DNA from: Laetmonice hystrix
Lineage: Eukaryota
Assembly: GCA_965235115.1 (NCBI GenBank)
Contig: OZ249436.1
Coordinates: forward strand, 7,628,001-7,692,000
DNA: 64,000 nucleotides
Direction: 5' to 3'
A program made the translations under genes and the position numbers. Below are positions 1 through 12,600 of the stretch, in pieces; the first letter of the stretch is position 1, and each line of letters starts with the position of its first letter. Below the pieces are notes generated by a model. It searched no databases, had not been told where the DNA came from, and saw only the letters and a program-made list of their open reading frames with translations.

Positions 1-785
1 ATAGCTAGATGGATACATATCATCTGATACATACATGCATATTACTAGTCTACCATTGGGGATTGTTTAGTCTCTCAGATAACGAGTTAACCCACAGACT
101 GGGTTAACCTCGAGGTTAAATACGTCCTTGCAACCGGCCATTAGAGTTTAGGTCAGGTAACCTTATTCTACGTCATTCCCAGTTATAAATTTTCCAAATA
201 TGGTAATTATGATCATAATAATGCTCACTTGCTGGCGGCTATCATTAATCCCAGTGAACATTAATTTTGTTATGCTCAGTAACTGTATTTCTATTTGATA
301 TTTTCGTCTTGCTCAAATGTCAATAAATAATACTTCACGTTGACGTGGTTCGGTGTGTGGATGATGGCTGGACAGTTGTGGTGTTGTCACTTGATGCTGG
401 GCCGTTGAGGAAGTGGGTGCATAGGCACATGACGGTGTGGGGGCAGGCCACAAATTATATGGGGGTAGCATTGGTAGCTCACCATCATCTCCACGAAGTT
501 TGGGAACAAAAACTGAAAGTTATTCCTAGCCCTAAACTTGCCCCTATATTCCTATATTTTGAGTGTATTTTGGGAGAGTCAGATCGACACTTATATCTAA
601 AGAACTTTTCGTGACCAACAGAATGCAGGTGAGTCCCCTACTCCCCCCCCCCAAAAAAAAAAACTTGTCTAGACTGCTACACCCGCTGGTTGATTTGATG
701 ATTTGAAGTTAATTCTGATGGCCCCAAAAGATTCGTATGCCGAGGCCTAATTATATACGAGATCTTCCACACAAAATCTTACATT

Positions 786-1690
786 ATCTCTGAATGTGTC
801 AATTAGGGTGTACGGACTACTTTATGGATCATTCTCCATTTCTCTGAATGTGTCAGACGACTTTATGGGTCATTCTCCCTATCTCTGAATGTGTCAATTA
901 GGGTGTAGGCTATACGGACTACTGGGTCATTCTCCATATCTCTGAATGTGTCAATTAGGGTGTACGGACTACGTTATGGGTCATTCTCCATATCTCTGAA
1001 TGTGCCAATTAGGGTGTACGGACTACTTTATGGGCCATTCTCCATATCTCTGAATGTGCCAATTAGGGTGTACGGACTACTTTATGGGTCATTCTCCCTA
1101 TCTCTGAATGTGTCAATTAGGGTGTACGGACTACTTTATGGGTCATTCTCCATATCTCTGAATGTGCCAATTAGGGTGTACGGACTACTTTATGGGTCAT
1201 TCTCCATATCTCTGAATGTGCCAATTAGGGTGTACGGACTACTTTATGGGTCATTCTCCCTATCTCTGAATGTGTCAATTAGGGTGTACGGACTACGTTA
1301 TGGGTCATTCTCCATATCTCTGAATGTGCCAATTAGGGTGTACGGACTACTTTATGGGTCATTCTCCATATCTATGAATGTGTCAATTAGGGTGTACGGA
1401 CTACTTTATGGGTCATTCTCCATATCTCTGAATGTGCCAATTAGGGTGTACGGACTACTTTATGGGTCATTCTCCATATCTATGAATGTGTCAATTAGGG
1501 TGTACGGACTACTTTATGGGTCATTCTCCATATCTCTGAATGTGCCAATTAGGGTGTACGGACTACTTTATGGGTCATTCTCCATATCTATGAATGTGTC
1601 AATTAGGGTGTACGGACTACTTTGTGGGTCATTCTCCATATCTCTGAATGTGTCAATTAGGGTGTACAGAATGACTACTGGGTCATTTTC
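786..1690. repeat. 54-bp minisatellite, about 17 copies
   Basis: Unit TCTCTGAATGTGYCAATTAGGGTGTACGGACTACTTTATGGGTCATTCTCCATA repeated head-to-tail; first copies carry indels. Explains the 18-aa periodic ORF 948-1835. Confidence 0.97.
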
Positions 1691-3439
1691 TGATCCTGTG
1701 TATACCATTTATATACACCAGCCTCCGCCCCCCCCCCCCCCCCCCCCCCAAACATCCCTGATTCGACGACCTCCTTCACTTGGACCGGTCAACAGTTTAG
1801 AGGCTGTACGACACCCTTACCAAGGGGCGCATTAAATGAAGGCCTTTTCAAAGTTGTAGATCCACGGCGCCATCCGTTTATTTATTTATGCCATGATACA
1901 ATAAGCGGATCCGTAACTCGTCCGCAGAGGCGGGCGGTCGCCGGTGATCAAACACGTGGACATGACGGGCGGGCAGGTCGGCAGGTTCCAGCTCCACCCG
2001 CCCGGCTAACGCTCGGTCAGCGGCCGTGTTTGCACGCACCCTGCCGGCGCGGCCGAACCATCCGTAAACAAGCCACCCGTCAGCTGCATGCTTGTCGACG
2101 GAGGCTTGTCTTCGACATTACGGTATCTAAACTTCTTAAAGAGCTCTTCATGGAAATCGTGTAGGCCTAAGGCGTAAAATATGTCATGTCATGTCAGGCC
2201 TAACAGTCATTGAAGGACAGAGCTCATGAGATAATCCTGCACGAAGGAAGGCTTTAGTTCTGATTAGATCTAAGCAGTGTTCCTCTCTGCATGTGCCTCT
2301 TATACGGTGTCAGGACAAGTCCAAGTCCTAAAACCACATGGAGTTAGGCCGAATCCTTTAATACTTGAGGATTATCTCTACTAAAAACTTGGTAAAAAAG
2401 GAATTACATGCGGAACATAAAGATTATTCAACTCATTAATAATTGCACAAGTTTATGTCTGTATACCTACAGGTGTAATAGGCATTCTCTAATTCCCTCT
2501 GACGATCTATATAGGCCTATAGCCTATAATAGGCCTAACCTGTTCTATCAAACTATATGTGACATGTCCCGTATCAGTGACAGATCCAACGGGGATTGGC
2601 GAGGGGGGGCACGTGCCCCAATCCCCCCGGCTCAATTTGGAATCCCTTCGTATTTCACAGGAAATTAGGCCCTTTGGCGCTCGTCCACCCCCCCACCCCC
2701 CCCGGCATAGCTCGGCGTCCCCCGGCATGCCCCCCGCAACGTAAATAGTAAATAGTAAATGTTATCAAGAATCATAAAGATATATTAAATATAATTTGGA
2801 AGAAGGCCGACAAGATGACAGGACGAGGTGAAAGTGCAGAGCTTGCAACAGAAGAATGTCCTCTCTAAAATAGCCGTAAGGACCGCAAGTTAGCCAATAT
2901 TTATCCAATCTTGGTTTTAAAAAAGTACATTGGCTATACTTGAACCAGAAATTGAATAGAGGTCTCTCAAATAACCTTGAAAGCAAACGCAAATATGTGA
3001 AAGTGAAGGCTGCAATGTGGCGGTATTTAGACGCACACATTCCGTTATAACAATATAGTCTGGTGAGAAAAACGGACCGAAGGAATGTTACACGGCTGAC
3101 TTGAAACACGTATAGGTCACTAAGGTTGGACCTATTGCTAGACGATTGGCTCTATCACAATATTACCACAATCTTCGTGGCGCCAAACAAGACCTATAGA
3201 TGAAAGGGGAGAGGGAAAAAGCAACTCCCATTCATGGCGTTAAAACGGGGATATATAGTGCATTCCGAAGGTCAATTTTCAAACATTATGTCTTTGTCGC
3301 GAGTAGTGTAGTGTAGCCTTTTTTACAGTCGCCCGAATATTCGAGTCGCCCGAATATCTTCGTACGATCTAGCCATGTTCGGCCGATTAATTATCGCCGA
3401 ACCTGGATGCTCCCATGGGTTCACTACGATTTGCGCGTG

Positions 3440-4230
3440 AATTTCGGTCATTTTGATCCGATATGGCGGAGATAGGAATCATTTTGATCCGATATGGCGG
3501 AGATAGAAATTTCCGTCGTTTTGATCAGATATGGCGAAGGAATTTCGGTCATTTTGATCAGATATGGCGAAGGAATATGGCGGGAGATAGGAATCATTTT
3601 GATCATATATGGCGGAGATAGGAATTTCGATCATTTTGATCAGATATGGCGGGAGATAGGAATCATTTTGATCAGATATGGCGGGAGATAGGAAGTTCAG
3701 TCATTTTGACCAGATATGGCGGGAGATAGGAAGTTCGGTCGTTTTCATCAGATATGGCGGAGATAGGAATCAGTTTGATCAGATATGGCGGAGATAGGAA
3801 TCAGTTTGATCAGATATGGCGGGAGATAGGAAGTTCAGTCATTTTGACCAGATATGGCGGGAGATAGGAAGTTCGGTCGTTTTCATCAGATATGGCGGAG
3901 ATAGGAATCAGTTTGATCAGATATGGCGGAGATAGGAATCAGTTTGATCAGATATGGCGGAGATAGGAATTTCGGTCGTTTTGATCAGATATGGCGGGAG
4001 ATAGTAAGTTCGGTCGTTTTGATCAGATATGGCGGGAGATAGGAAGTTCGGTCGTTTTGATCAGATATGGCGGGAGATAGGAATTTCGGTCATTTTGATC
4101 AGATATGGCGGGAGATAGGAAGTTCGGTCGTTTTGATCAGATATGGCGGGAGATAGGAAGTTCGGTCATTTTGATCAGATATGGCGGGAGATAGGAAGTT
4201 CGGTCGTTTTGATCAGATATGGCGGAGATA
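3440..4230. repeat. Minisatellite with mixed 38-bp and about 31-bp units
   Basis: GATCAGATATGGCGGGAGATAGGAAGTTCGGTCGTTTT (38 bp) interspersed with GATCAGATATGGCGGAGATAGGAATCAGTTT (31 bp). Confidence 0.95.
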
Positions 4231-7200
4231 TATGTGGCCGGCGAGACGCCCCTGGAATTTTGAGAATGGAGACCATTTTCATTAGGACTACCGTCGTTGC
4301 GGACTCTACGTATAGGAAAGACGCGATCTAGGCCTATAGACTTTGCCATATACCATGTTGGCAAGCCAGACACAATAAAACGTGATAGACCTATACAACC
4401 GACAAAAAGAGCGTAAGAAGGCTATATAGTACATTATGTTATGAATGTTACCCACAAAAAACTGTAGGTGGGCTCGATAATAAAATGATTTTGGCTCGTA
4501 GCCATAGAGGATGAGTGTGCAAAAACCTTCTCTGTAATCAGGTATTTCGCTTGTACGATTGAAAAAAGAAATTGTGAAATTTTAATGAGCAATAATGATG
4601 TGTTATCTTGAAAAGGACTGGACTGAGGGTTTTACCATACACAAAAGACAGATAATCAGAATACCGGTATAGGCTATTTTAAATCCCCGAGTTGACCCCT
4701 AAATTGGACAGCCTTTGTCATATTGTGTCACATGACACAATAACGTCTTTCTGTCCATTATTACAGTACACTACTAGTAATTTAGACTGTGACAGATGAA
4801 ATGCACAACGCCGGCCGTGTGACGGAGGAATGATAATGTTTCCAAGGGTATGAAAGGACGAGTAGGATACAATACGACGTTATGACTCGTCGGGTTTCGC
4901 CTGGCATTCGTTGAAATATGTCACGATACAATAAGCGAATTCACGATCGAGAAATGCGTTTTGGAGGTCAAAACTGGCGACAGCCAATTTCCGGTTCCGG
5001 CCCATTGAAAAACTTTGTCTTAACTTTAACCCGTGATAACTCTTCAATTCTTGGTTTCTTATCATACATACGGAAAATGTCTCAAAATCTGTGATTGGCA
5101 CATTTTTGGTAGTTGGGACATTTTTCGTTGCCACAAAGGTCGTCACAAACTCGTTGCAGCTTCGTCGCAAAGAATGAACATGTTCATTTTTTTGAACGAC
5201 GGTTGCAGCTGAATCGCACCGTTTTCCTGCTTGCTACAAGTGTAGCCATCGCCGTGTCCACTGGATCAACCAACCAGAAGTCGTTATAGCCTACTTGTCA
5301 GGTGATTATACGTACGAATATCAAAATGGCGGAGTTCAATGAGAATCGGTAGGCGGTCCACTGTTCGATCGCCAAGTGTAGCAGCATTACCGCGATGCGA
5401 CGAGCGAGAGACGAGCGACCGGCATCCCCCCCCCCCCCCGGTTGCGATGGGTCGTCGCAAGCAAATCGCCTGTTGAATCGCCTTGTGTAGCACCAGCGAC
5501 AGAGTTCTAGTCGCTGAACGCTCATGAACATACCGTCTGCACATATAGAACCTGTATCTTTACTCGTAATCATTCTTACCTTCCAGTAATGGGCCAGATA
5601 ATGTTACAGTGTTGGCACCTGTCCAGATCAACTTCCTGGCGCCATCTTTGGACTGTTTACAGGTCGTTACATGTGTCCATCTAGACAGTGTGCCAACGTG
5701 GCTAAAACATGTACAGATTATAGACTAAACGTGCGTCCAATTAGCCCTAAATGTGTAAGGCATTAAAGGGAGTATCTCACGAATTTCCATTAGGCCATAC
5801 ACGTGTGGCTTTTAACAAGTAATGTCTGCATTACAGTTTTCCGATATGACCCAACGCTCCTTTACCTTTTTATAGGGCCTATGTGGACTTGGCTGGTATT
5901 ATGTAAAATAAATTTATTTGAAAGTCGCCAAATCTTATTGTAGTCACTGAACTCTGGACCCGCCCCCCCCCCCCCGAGGCTGAGAGCATCCCTTTAACTG
6001 TGAACATCAAGGCTATGAAGGATTTTTGGAATCAGTGTAGTGGTATAGTCACTCACATGCTATACTATATCAATAAGAATGGGATTTTTAAAAAAAAGAG
6101 GAAAAAGGAGAGGAAGATAAAAAAAATACCCGAAATGGTTCATTGTCACGATGTTACGCACGGCTAACGCACCGTGGCGCTGGTGAGGGTGATTAACGGG
6201 CGTTTCAGATCAAAACAGCCCTGCTACACACTGGTACCAGGTGTTCACGGGCAAGGTGCGTCTAAAAATAAAGGCGTTCCATTTTTAACAAGAGTTAGGC
6301 CTACATACAAGCGGTAAGAAATGTGGCCGTTGACGGTTTCCTGTTAATTTCAAAACTTTTCTTACTTACATTGACAAAGACTTTAATGGCGTTCACATTT
6401 GTGATGTGTTTTTTTAAAACATCAGAGAAACACTATCTAGAACCATACCGAATTCAGTCTTTAGTAAAAATTATAATCTATGCCAGGCTCCTATAGTGAA
6501 TGTAAGTTATACAATTACGTAGGCCTACATTAAACCCACAGACAAAGGCTGGGCGCAACGTGAACGGATGAACACTTCGCAATAAGGCACTGTATGATTG
6601 CATTCAACAGGTCTGGATTATTTTAATGCCAGGTTTCGGCATGTTATTCACAAGAACAAGTCTCTCAAATTGCATTCTGTTGATCTACTTTTCTCTGAAA
6701 CAGGTGGTCAGTTTGAGAACTCTGACTCATCTTATCTTAGACTCATTACAGTCAGTCGATCCAGCCAAGTTTCTGGTCCCAGCGGAGGTCAGTACTCCAG
6801 GACCTCATTCATTGCTGGTTTATTGTCTTTATTATCTTTTTTATTATTTCTTTTCGTTTCTCCGAACTTGTGGTAATTCATTCCATGCAGTAGGGCGTCC
6901 GGTAGACACTATCTTTCGGCGATACAGTCACGCCAGAAACCCCCGCTAAGTGTGTTCTTCAAGTATACAAAATGGCAAATCTGTATGTTTTGAAGCATTA
7001 TGACGCGTTTGATTATTTTTAGTTATGAGTCAAGATTAGCCGGAGGTTTTTTTTCTGACGTCAGCCTAACCTGTTGGCCTATAGAGCAGGAGCCGGTGCT
7101 GTAACCCGCCGCAGGCGACGTCTATTTGTTCTCGAACATTTGTTCACGAACAAAACTTCGTGGGTTACCGCAGACGACGAAAATTTGTTCGGAAATATTA

Positions 7201-7321
7201 AGCATGTCGAATACCGGAGAAAAAAAATATTGTTCACGAAAAATAATTATTGGAAATCGGGCATAAGAGGTAGAATGTTTGGTGTGAGTGATGGTATGTG
7301 AACAAGCGGGCAAGAAGACAA

Positions 7322-7845
7322 TTTTAATGACGTCACTAAGTCATTATTTACGAGTTAATCGCGTTCGTTTCAGAGAAAAACACTTTGTGGTGATCTCGTA
7401 ATTACTACTTAGTGACGTCATTAACTCGTTATTACGACTTAATGATAACGACTTAGTGACGTCATTAACTCGTTATTACGACTTAATGACGACTTGGTGA
7501 CGTCTTTAACTCGTTATTACCACTTAATGACGTCACTAAGTCGTTATTACGAGATCACCACAATTTTTTTTCTCTGAAACGAACGCGATTAACTCATAAT
7601 AACGACTTAGTGACGTCATTAAGTCCTAATAACGAGTTGCTGACGTCACTAAGTCGTAATTACGAGATCACCACACATTTTCTTCATTGAAACGAACGCA
7701 ATTAACTCGTAATAACGACTTCGTGACGTCATTAAATCGTAATAACGACTTCGTGACGTCTTAAGTCGTAATAACGAGTTAATGACGTCATTAAGTGGTA
7801 ATTACGAGATCACCACAATTTTTTTTTTTTTTGTCTGAAACGAAT
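7322..7845. repeat. Palindromic/inverted repeat array built from TGACGTCA-containing subunits
   Basis: Subunits such as TAATGACGTCACTAAGTCGTTATTACGAG occur in both orientations; about 7325-7400 is the reverse complement of about 7535-7620; GAGATCACCACA...GAAACGAA recurs near 7551, 7664 and 7806. Confidence 0.9.
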
Positions 7846-8043
7846 TTTTTCTTCTAAATGTCCCCAACAGGGCTCCGTACCTGCTCCCCTGCATCTGTGA
7901 GGATGATAGGTCGTGGTGTGGACTGGTAAGCTCTGGTAGGGTGCGCTGCGGCAGGATGTGTACTGTCTGACAGGACTTTCTAGCGGCCACCCCAGTGTAA
8001 TTAAAGCCACAGGTACCACGACTGATGTAAACTGAAGCAACAT

Positions 8044-8185
8044 CAGGGCCGGATCCAGGGGGCCATGGGGGCCTTGTGCCCCCTCCTAAAAATCACCGCC
8101 CCCCCTGATATTCTGGATCGCCCTTTGCACCCCCTTTACTCAGAAATCTGGGCTCCTCCACTTGAAAATTCTGGACCCGGCCCTG
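8044..8185. mobile_element. Short MITE (hAT-like termini)
   Basis: TIRs CAGGGCCGGATCCAG / CTGGACCCGGCCCTG; no clear TSD. Confidence 0.6.
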
Positions 8186-8582
8186 GCTGAGATCAGTAGC
8201 ATCTGTATTCGTACTGCCAGCCAGGAGACATGCGAAAATTGTTCATCAGTTAGTCATGAGATAGGCCATGACCGTGGCAATAAAAGCATTGACTACTTCA
8301 CATAGAGCGCCAAAAGTTTTCTTTCGAAGTGAATCCATTAACGAAAATCCGCGGAGGCACGGGGGCAAGGTTGTAAATTATACACAAGAATAAACGGACC
8401 TATAATGTTACGTGGAGGCCACCAGCGAAGCGCATGAAAACGAAGAGGGTCATACGACGTGCGCCTAACGGAAATGAACAATTAGACGGTTTTTCTTCTT
8501 TAGAAAATAAGTCCTACTGTCTGAAAGCCATAAAAGTATATGTGCCTTATAGCCAACGGGTGGTTCTTGTTTGAAAGGTGTG

Positions 8583-8587
<5 letters not shown>

Positions 8588-8656
<69 letters not shown>

Positions 8657-8787
8657 CCTCTCTCTGTGTCTCCCTCTCTCTCACCCTCCCTCCCTCACTT
8701 TCTCGCTCCCTATCTCTCGCTCTCTCTATCTCCCTCTCTCTCTGTCTCTCTCTCCCTGTCTCTCTTGCCTCTCTATCCCTCTCTCTG

Positions 8788-8837
<50 letters not shown>
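8588..8837. repeat. (CT)n microsatellite with degenerate centre
   Basis: Pure CT runs at both ends with a pyrimidine-rich middle. Confidence 0.98.
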
Positions 8838-8838
<1 letters not shown>

Positions 8839-9692
8839 AACACCATGTGTCAGCTAACGGGAAGGGTGTATGGAGACGGAGAAAGTTATAGCCTCTGTGA
8901 TAACCTTAACGTGACAGGGCATTACAGACACGGCCAATTGAGGCGCAACTCATAGAATATTGCAAATAATGGGCACGTTTTGAAAGAGGGCATGTCAAAA
9001 CAGTGAAAAACTCAGATGCATAATATTCTTTGATCTTTTTATGATCTTAAATAATTGTGCATCTTTCAGTCTTTATTGCCACTGATATGTACCATTGTAT
9101 GACCTACCATTACGACCATTTCAACATTCCAGGCTAGAATAGCCAAGCCATACGCATAAAAGGTCATAATATTGCGCGACTGCTCCACAGACCTTGTATC
9201 GTCTTGTCGTTTAGGCCTATATCAGGATTTAGGAAGCCGTTGGGAGGGGGGGGGGGCGACCTCCTGTCCCCCTGCTTTCGGAGCCTATATGACTGTCAGC
9301 TCGCTGTCGAAGATGCATGAGAAATTTATAGAACAATTAGGCCAATACCATTTCTTTCCTGGCCCCTTTAGCGAACGTGGAACAACTAATTAATAAACCA
9401 TATATTAACCAAAATATCGATGGAGAAACATTTTCAACAGTTTTAGATCTAGTACAAGTCAGATATGATCTTTTCTCAAGTAGGCCTTCGGTCTGTATAA
9501 CTCAACAGATGGCGCTGTCTTACTCCGACATGGCGGACCTCTAGTATGAACAAAAACAGACTGTAAAGGGTTATTTGTTGGCGATTCGAACCTGTGAAAT
9601 GAACCTTATTTTATGTATTTGCTTAGGTCAGTTGGTCCACGAAGGGAGACGCAGTCGGGATGTAGCTGTGAACAGACGACGTTCTTGCCACC

Positions 9693-12600
9693 ATGCGGAG
9701 GTGGGCGCCCCCTAGCGGGGCGGGACGAACCACATGTCTTCTACTCCTCCACTTCTTGACGGTTCTACATGGTTAGTAACCTACATGTTGTTCTAACACC
9801 ACTATATATACTTGCAGTATAAATCTTTCCGTTAAAACCTCAATTCATTAGAAAATAAAGTGCATAATAAAGGACAGTTTAAAAAGAAGAGGCCTCGGCC
9901 AAGTTTTCTTATCGTTGAAGTCGAAACTATAACGGCAGAACCTGTGAGTTTTTGTGACATAAATCAGGGCATCTGCCTCTCTCAATTAGGCTCTGTCATG
10001 GACGAATGCAGGCATATTCTTTCTTTCAACTACTGATATAACGCCAGACCTCGTTTACTGTGAAGAAAGTTCATTCACAAAACTGCGTGTCGTTATATAT
10101 GTAACAGTACATAATCGAAAATTATTGCGTAATTAAAACCCAGTCTTAGGAAGGGAGCCCGTGGAATCCCGTATAGTGGTGACTTATAAGACATACATTT
10201 CCTTTGCGTGTTCTCATAATATCATGTTATAGACTCGTTACAAAGCTATCAGCAGTTGCTTTGCCAGAAAATGTAAACGTGTAGAGTCGCAGGCTCAGAG
10301 TGTGTGTGCTCCTGTTCTTTTTTTTCCTGTAACGACTGTGACTCTATTTCTTGACTATGTTCCAAAATGTTGCGATGTTCAACACTCTGATTTTCTATCA
10401 AGTGCATTATTTGCCAATCGGAAACTAGGCTTGGTGCAACGAGAGCACGCGAACAGGCCAAGCCTGTACTTTTCTTTCCTTATAACCGAATTCCAATGTT
10501 ATCTTTAATCCACATGCACGTATAGAGTACTATCGCGTGGTCTCTTGTCCTTGCAAACTCAAACAAACATGATTGTGTTGTTGGAGGTAAACACAAACCT
10601 GGACTACATCATACAAACAATGTTTTCCAAGCCCCCAGCCAAGTTTGTGTCAGGGCGGCATGCTCTGTACCTCATACTGCTAAATACCTTCTTAAAAAAA
10701 ACTAACAAACAAACAACACCTTGCGTTTGGACGTCCCTGAACTCCTCGGCATGATTCTTGCTGCTACTTATATTACGTTGAGGTGCGTTAACCATTTTTT
10801 TTGGCATATAATAACATGAAAATAAACATTCAAATCAGAATTATTTGTATTAGTGTACTGTTTTTGTTGTTCCCTGTGCTGTGCTGGGCAGGTGCGGCGG
10901 CCCAGGGCGAGCCACCTGACTGCAATGCCGGCTACCACTTGGCCAAGGACCAGTGCAGAGGCTGCCCCCAGGGAACCTATAAATCCACTGTTGGCCAGGG
11001 TCCCTGTGTTTTTTGTCCCAAAGATTCAAATGGTCGAAACGCCAGTACTCACGGCGAGGGCGCCACCAGTGTCACACAATGTTACTTCGTAAGTATCATG
11101 CTACAGGTAGCCTTTTTCTTAGGCCTACGATGGGGTTAGTCTTTCTACTTTTTCGGTTCTATCGCTGCTACTAAACTTGTGCTGCCAACTCAGGGCCGTA
11201 GTCTGGCCCAAATACGCAGGGCCCAGTGCCTCCTGAGCCAGTACCAAGTGTCAATTCCAGTGTCACGGTTGGGAATCCAGGCCCAATAATAATTTTTTAA
11301 ACTGCAAATCCCAGGGGGTTGCCCCCACCCTTGCCCCCTGCAGGCAAAGGCCCTGGAACCATGGATTGCTATAGTGCACTGTTTGGTAAGAGAGATCCAG
11401 TATTTTAGGCCCATACCAGTCGTAAGTTTATAGAGCCCCATGTTTTTACTGACCCCATTGTTAAACTTCGATTTTTTTTTATTGCCAGCGGCCGTTTCTG
11501 ATTTCGTTTGAACCACTACATGGACCAATAGCGGGAGGCACTCGGGTGAATCTAACGTTCGGCTATCTGGAAGAACGGATCTTCCAGAGGGCTCGTTTTG
11601 GGGACGCCATGACCACAAACTGCACACGGTAAGGTCAAAACACATATGAAAGTCAAGAAATGTTAGCTTCCTCGGGTTTCGATCCCCTACGCAAGATGTC
11701 AAATTCTCTACGCCACTTCAAATTCTCTACGCCACCTGTCCCTGCCCTGCCCAGCGGCACTATAGCGACTTTAAAAGGCCACCATACACTATGCAATTAT
11801 CATGCAAATTTGTTGTGCAACAAAAAGTCGCGAGTGATGTATGGTGGAAAATGCTGTTGCAGTAATGACGTTGCAGACGTGTACGTTGCAAAAGAATAGA
11901 GCTCTATTCTTTTGCACCTTGTTACAGCTTCTGTTATCTCCAGCCAATCAGCTAACGATAAAAGAAGGGGTTAACAAAATCGCGCACCTGTTGTATTGTG
12001 AATGGTGACCGTTACTTTGATAAATCAAGGGGTTAACAAAATTGCGCACCTCTTGTATTGTGAATGGTGACCGTTACTTTGATATATCAAGGGGTTAACA
12101 AAATTGCGCACCTGTTGTATTGTGAATGGTGCCCGTTACTTTAATATATTGGCAATTTACCTATAAAATGGTAATTTTGACATATTGAAGATTTTTAAAA
12201 GCGCCATATCTGGATAGGTCAGGATAACTAAAATGTGTTGGTGTACGTGGCAGGGAAGGGCCGTCGTTCATCTGTTACACACCGGATGTAGCTGAGCCTC
12301 AGGCCGCTCTCCTAAAGATGGAACTGACAGACAATGCCGGAGAGTACGTCCTGCGGGGACCGTCGAACTTCTCCTACCTACCAGACCCCGTCATCGACGA
12401 CGTCGACGACCCAAAGACATTCCTCAGGTTCATATAGCTTTACCTTGGATAAATTATGGCGCAGGGCTGTAGGAACAGTGGGGAGACACCCAATATTACA
12501 GGAGGACCCAGAGTACCATTTAGCCTTCCCCCCTAAATTAAACGATTTAATGTGATGTGACCACTTACGACCCTTGAAGTAATGCAGTGCACTGTTTTCG

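Noticed and set aside
948..1835. 295-aa ORF
   Set aside because: Product of a stop-free 54-bp minisatellite and a poly-C run; GTG start, no domain.
786..4230. Repeat arrays as CRISPR
   Set aside because: Contiguous units with no unique spacers, no cas genes, eukaryotic context.
8540..8891. SL/ER-repeat ORFs
   Set aside because: Translations of the (CT)n microsatellite.
10801..10891. Hydrophobic N-terminus of ORF 10801-11139 as the RTK signal peptide
   Set aside because: It is the polypyrimidine tract before the acceptor at 10891; the exon at 9693 has a Kozak ATG and matching phase. An alternative start is not fully excluded.
11190..11702. 170-aa - strand ORF
   Set aside because: Antisense to an RTK exon and a MITE-like stretch; no recognisable protein.
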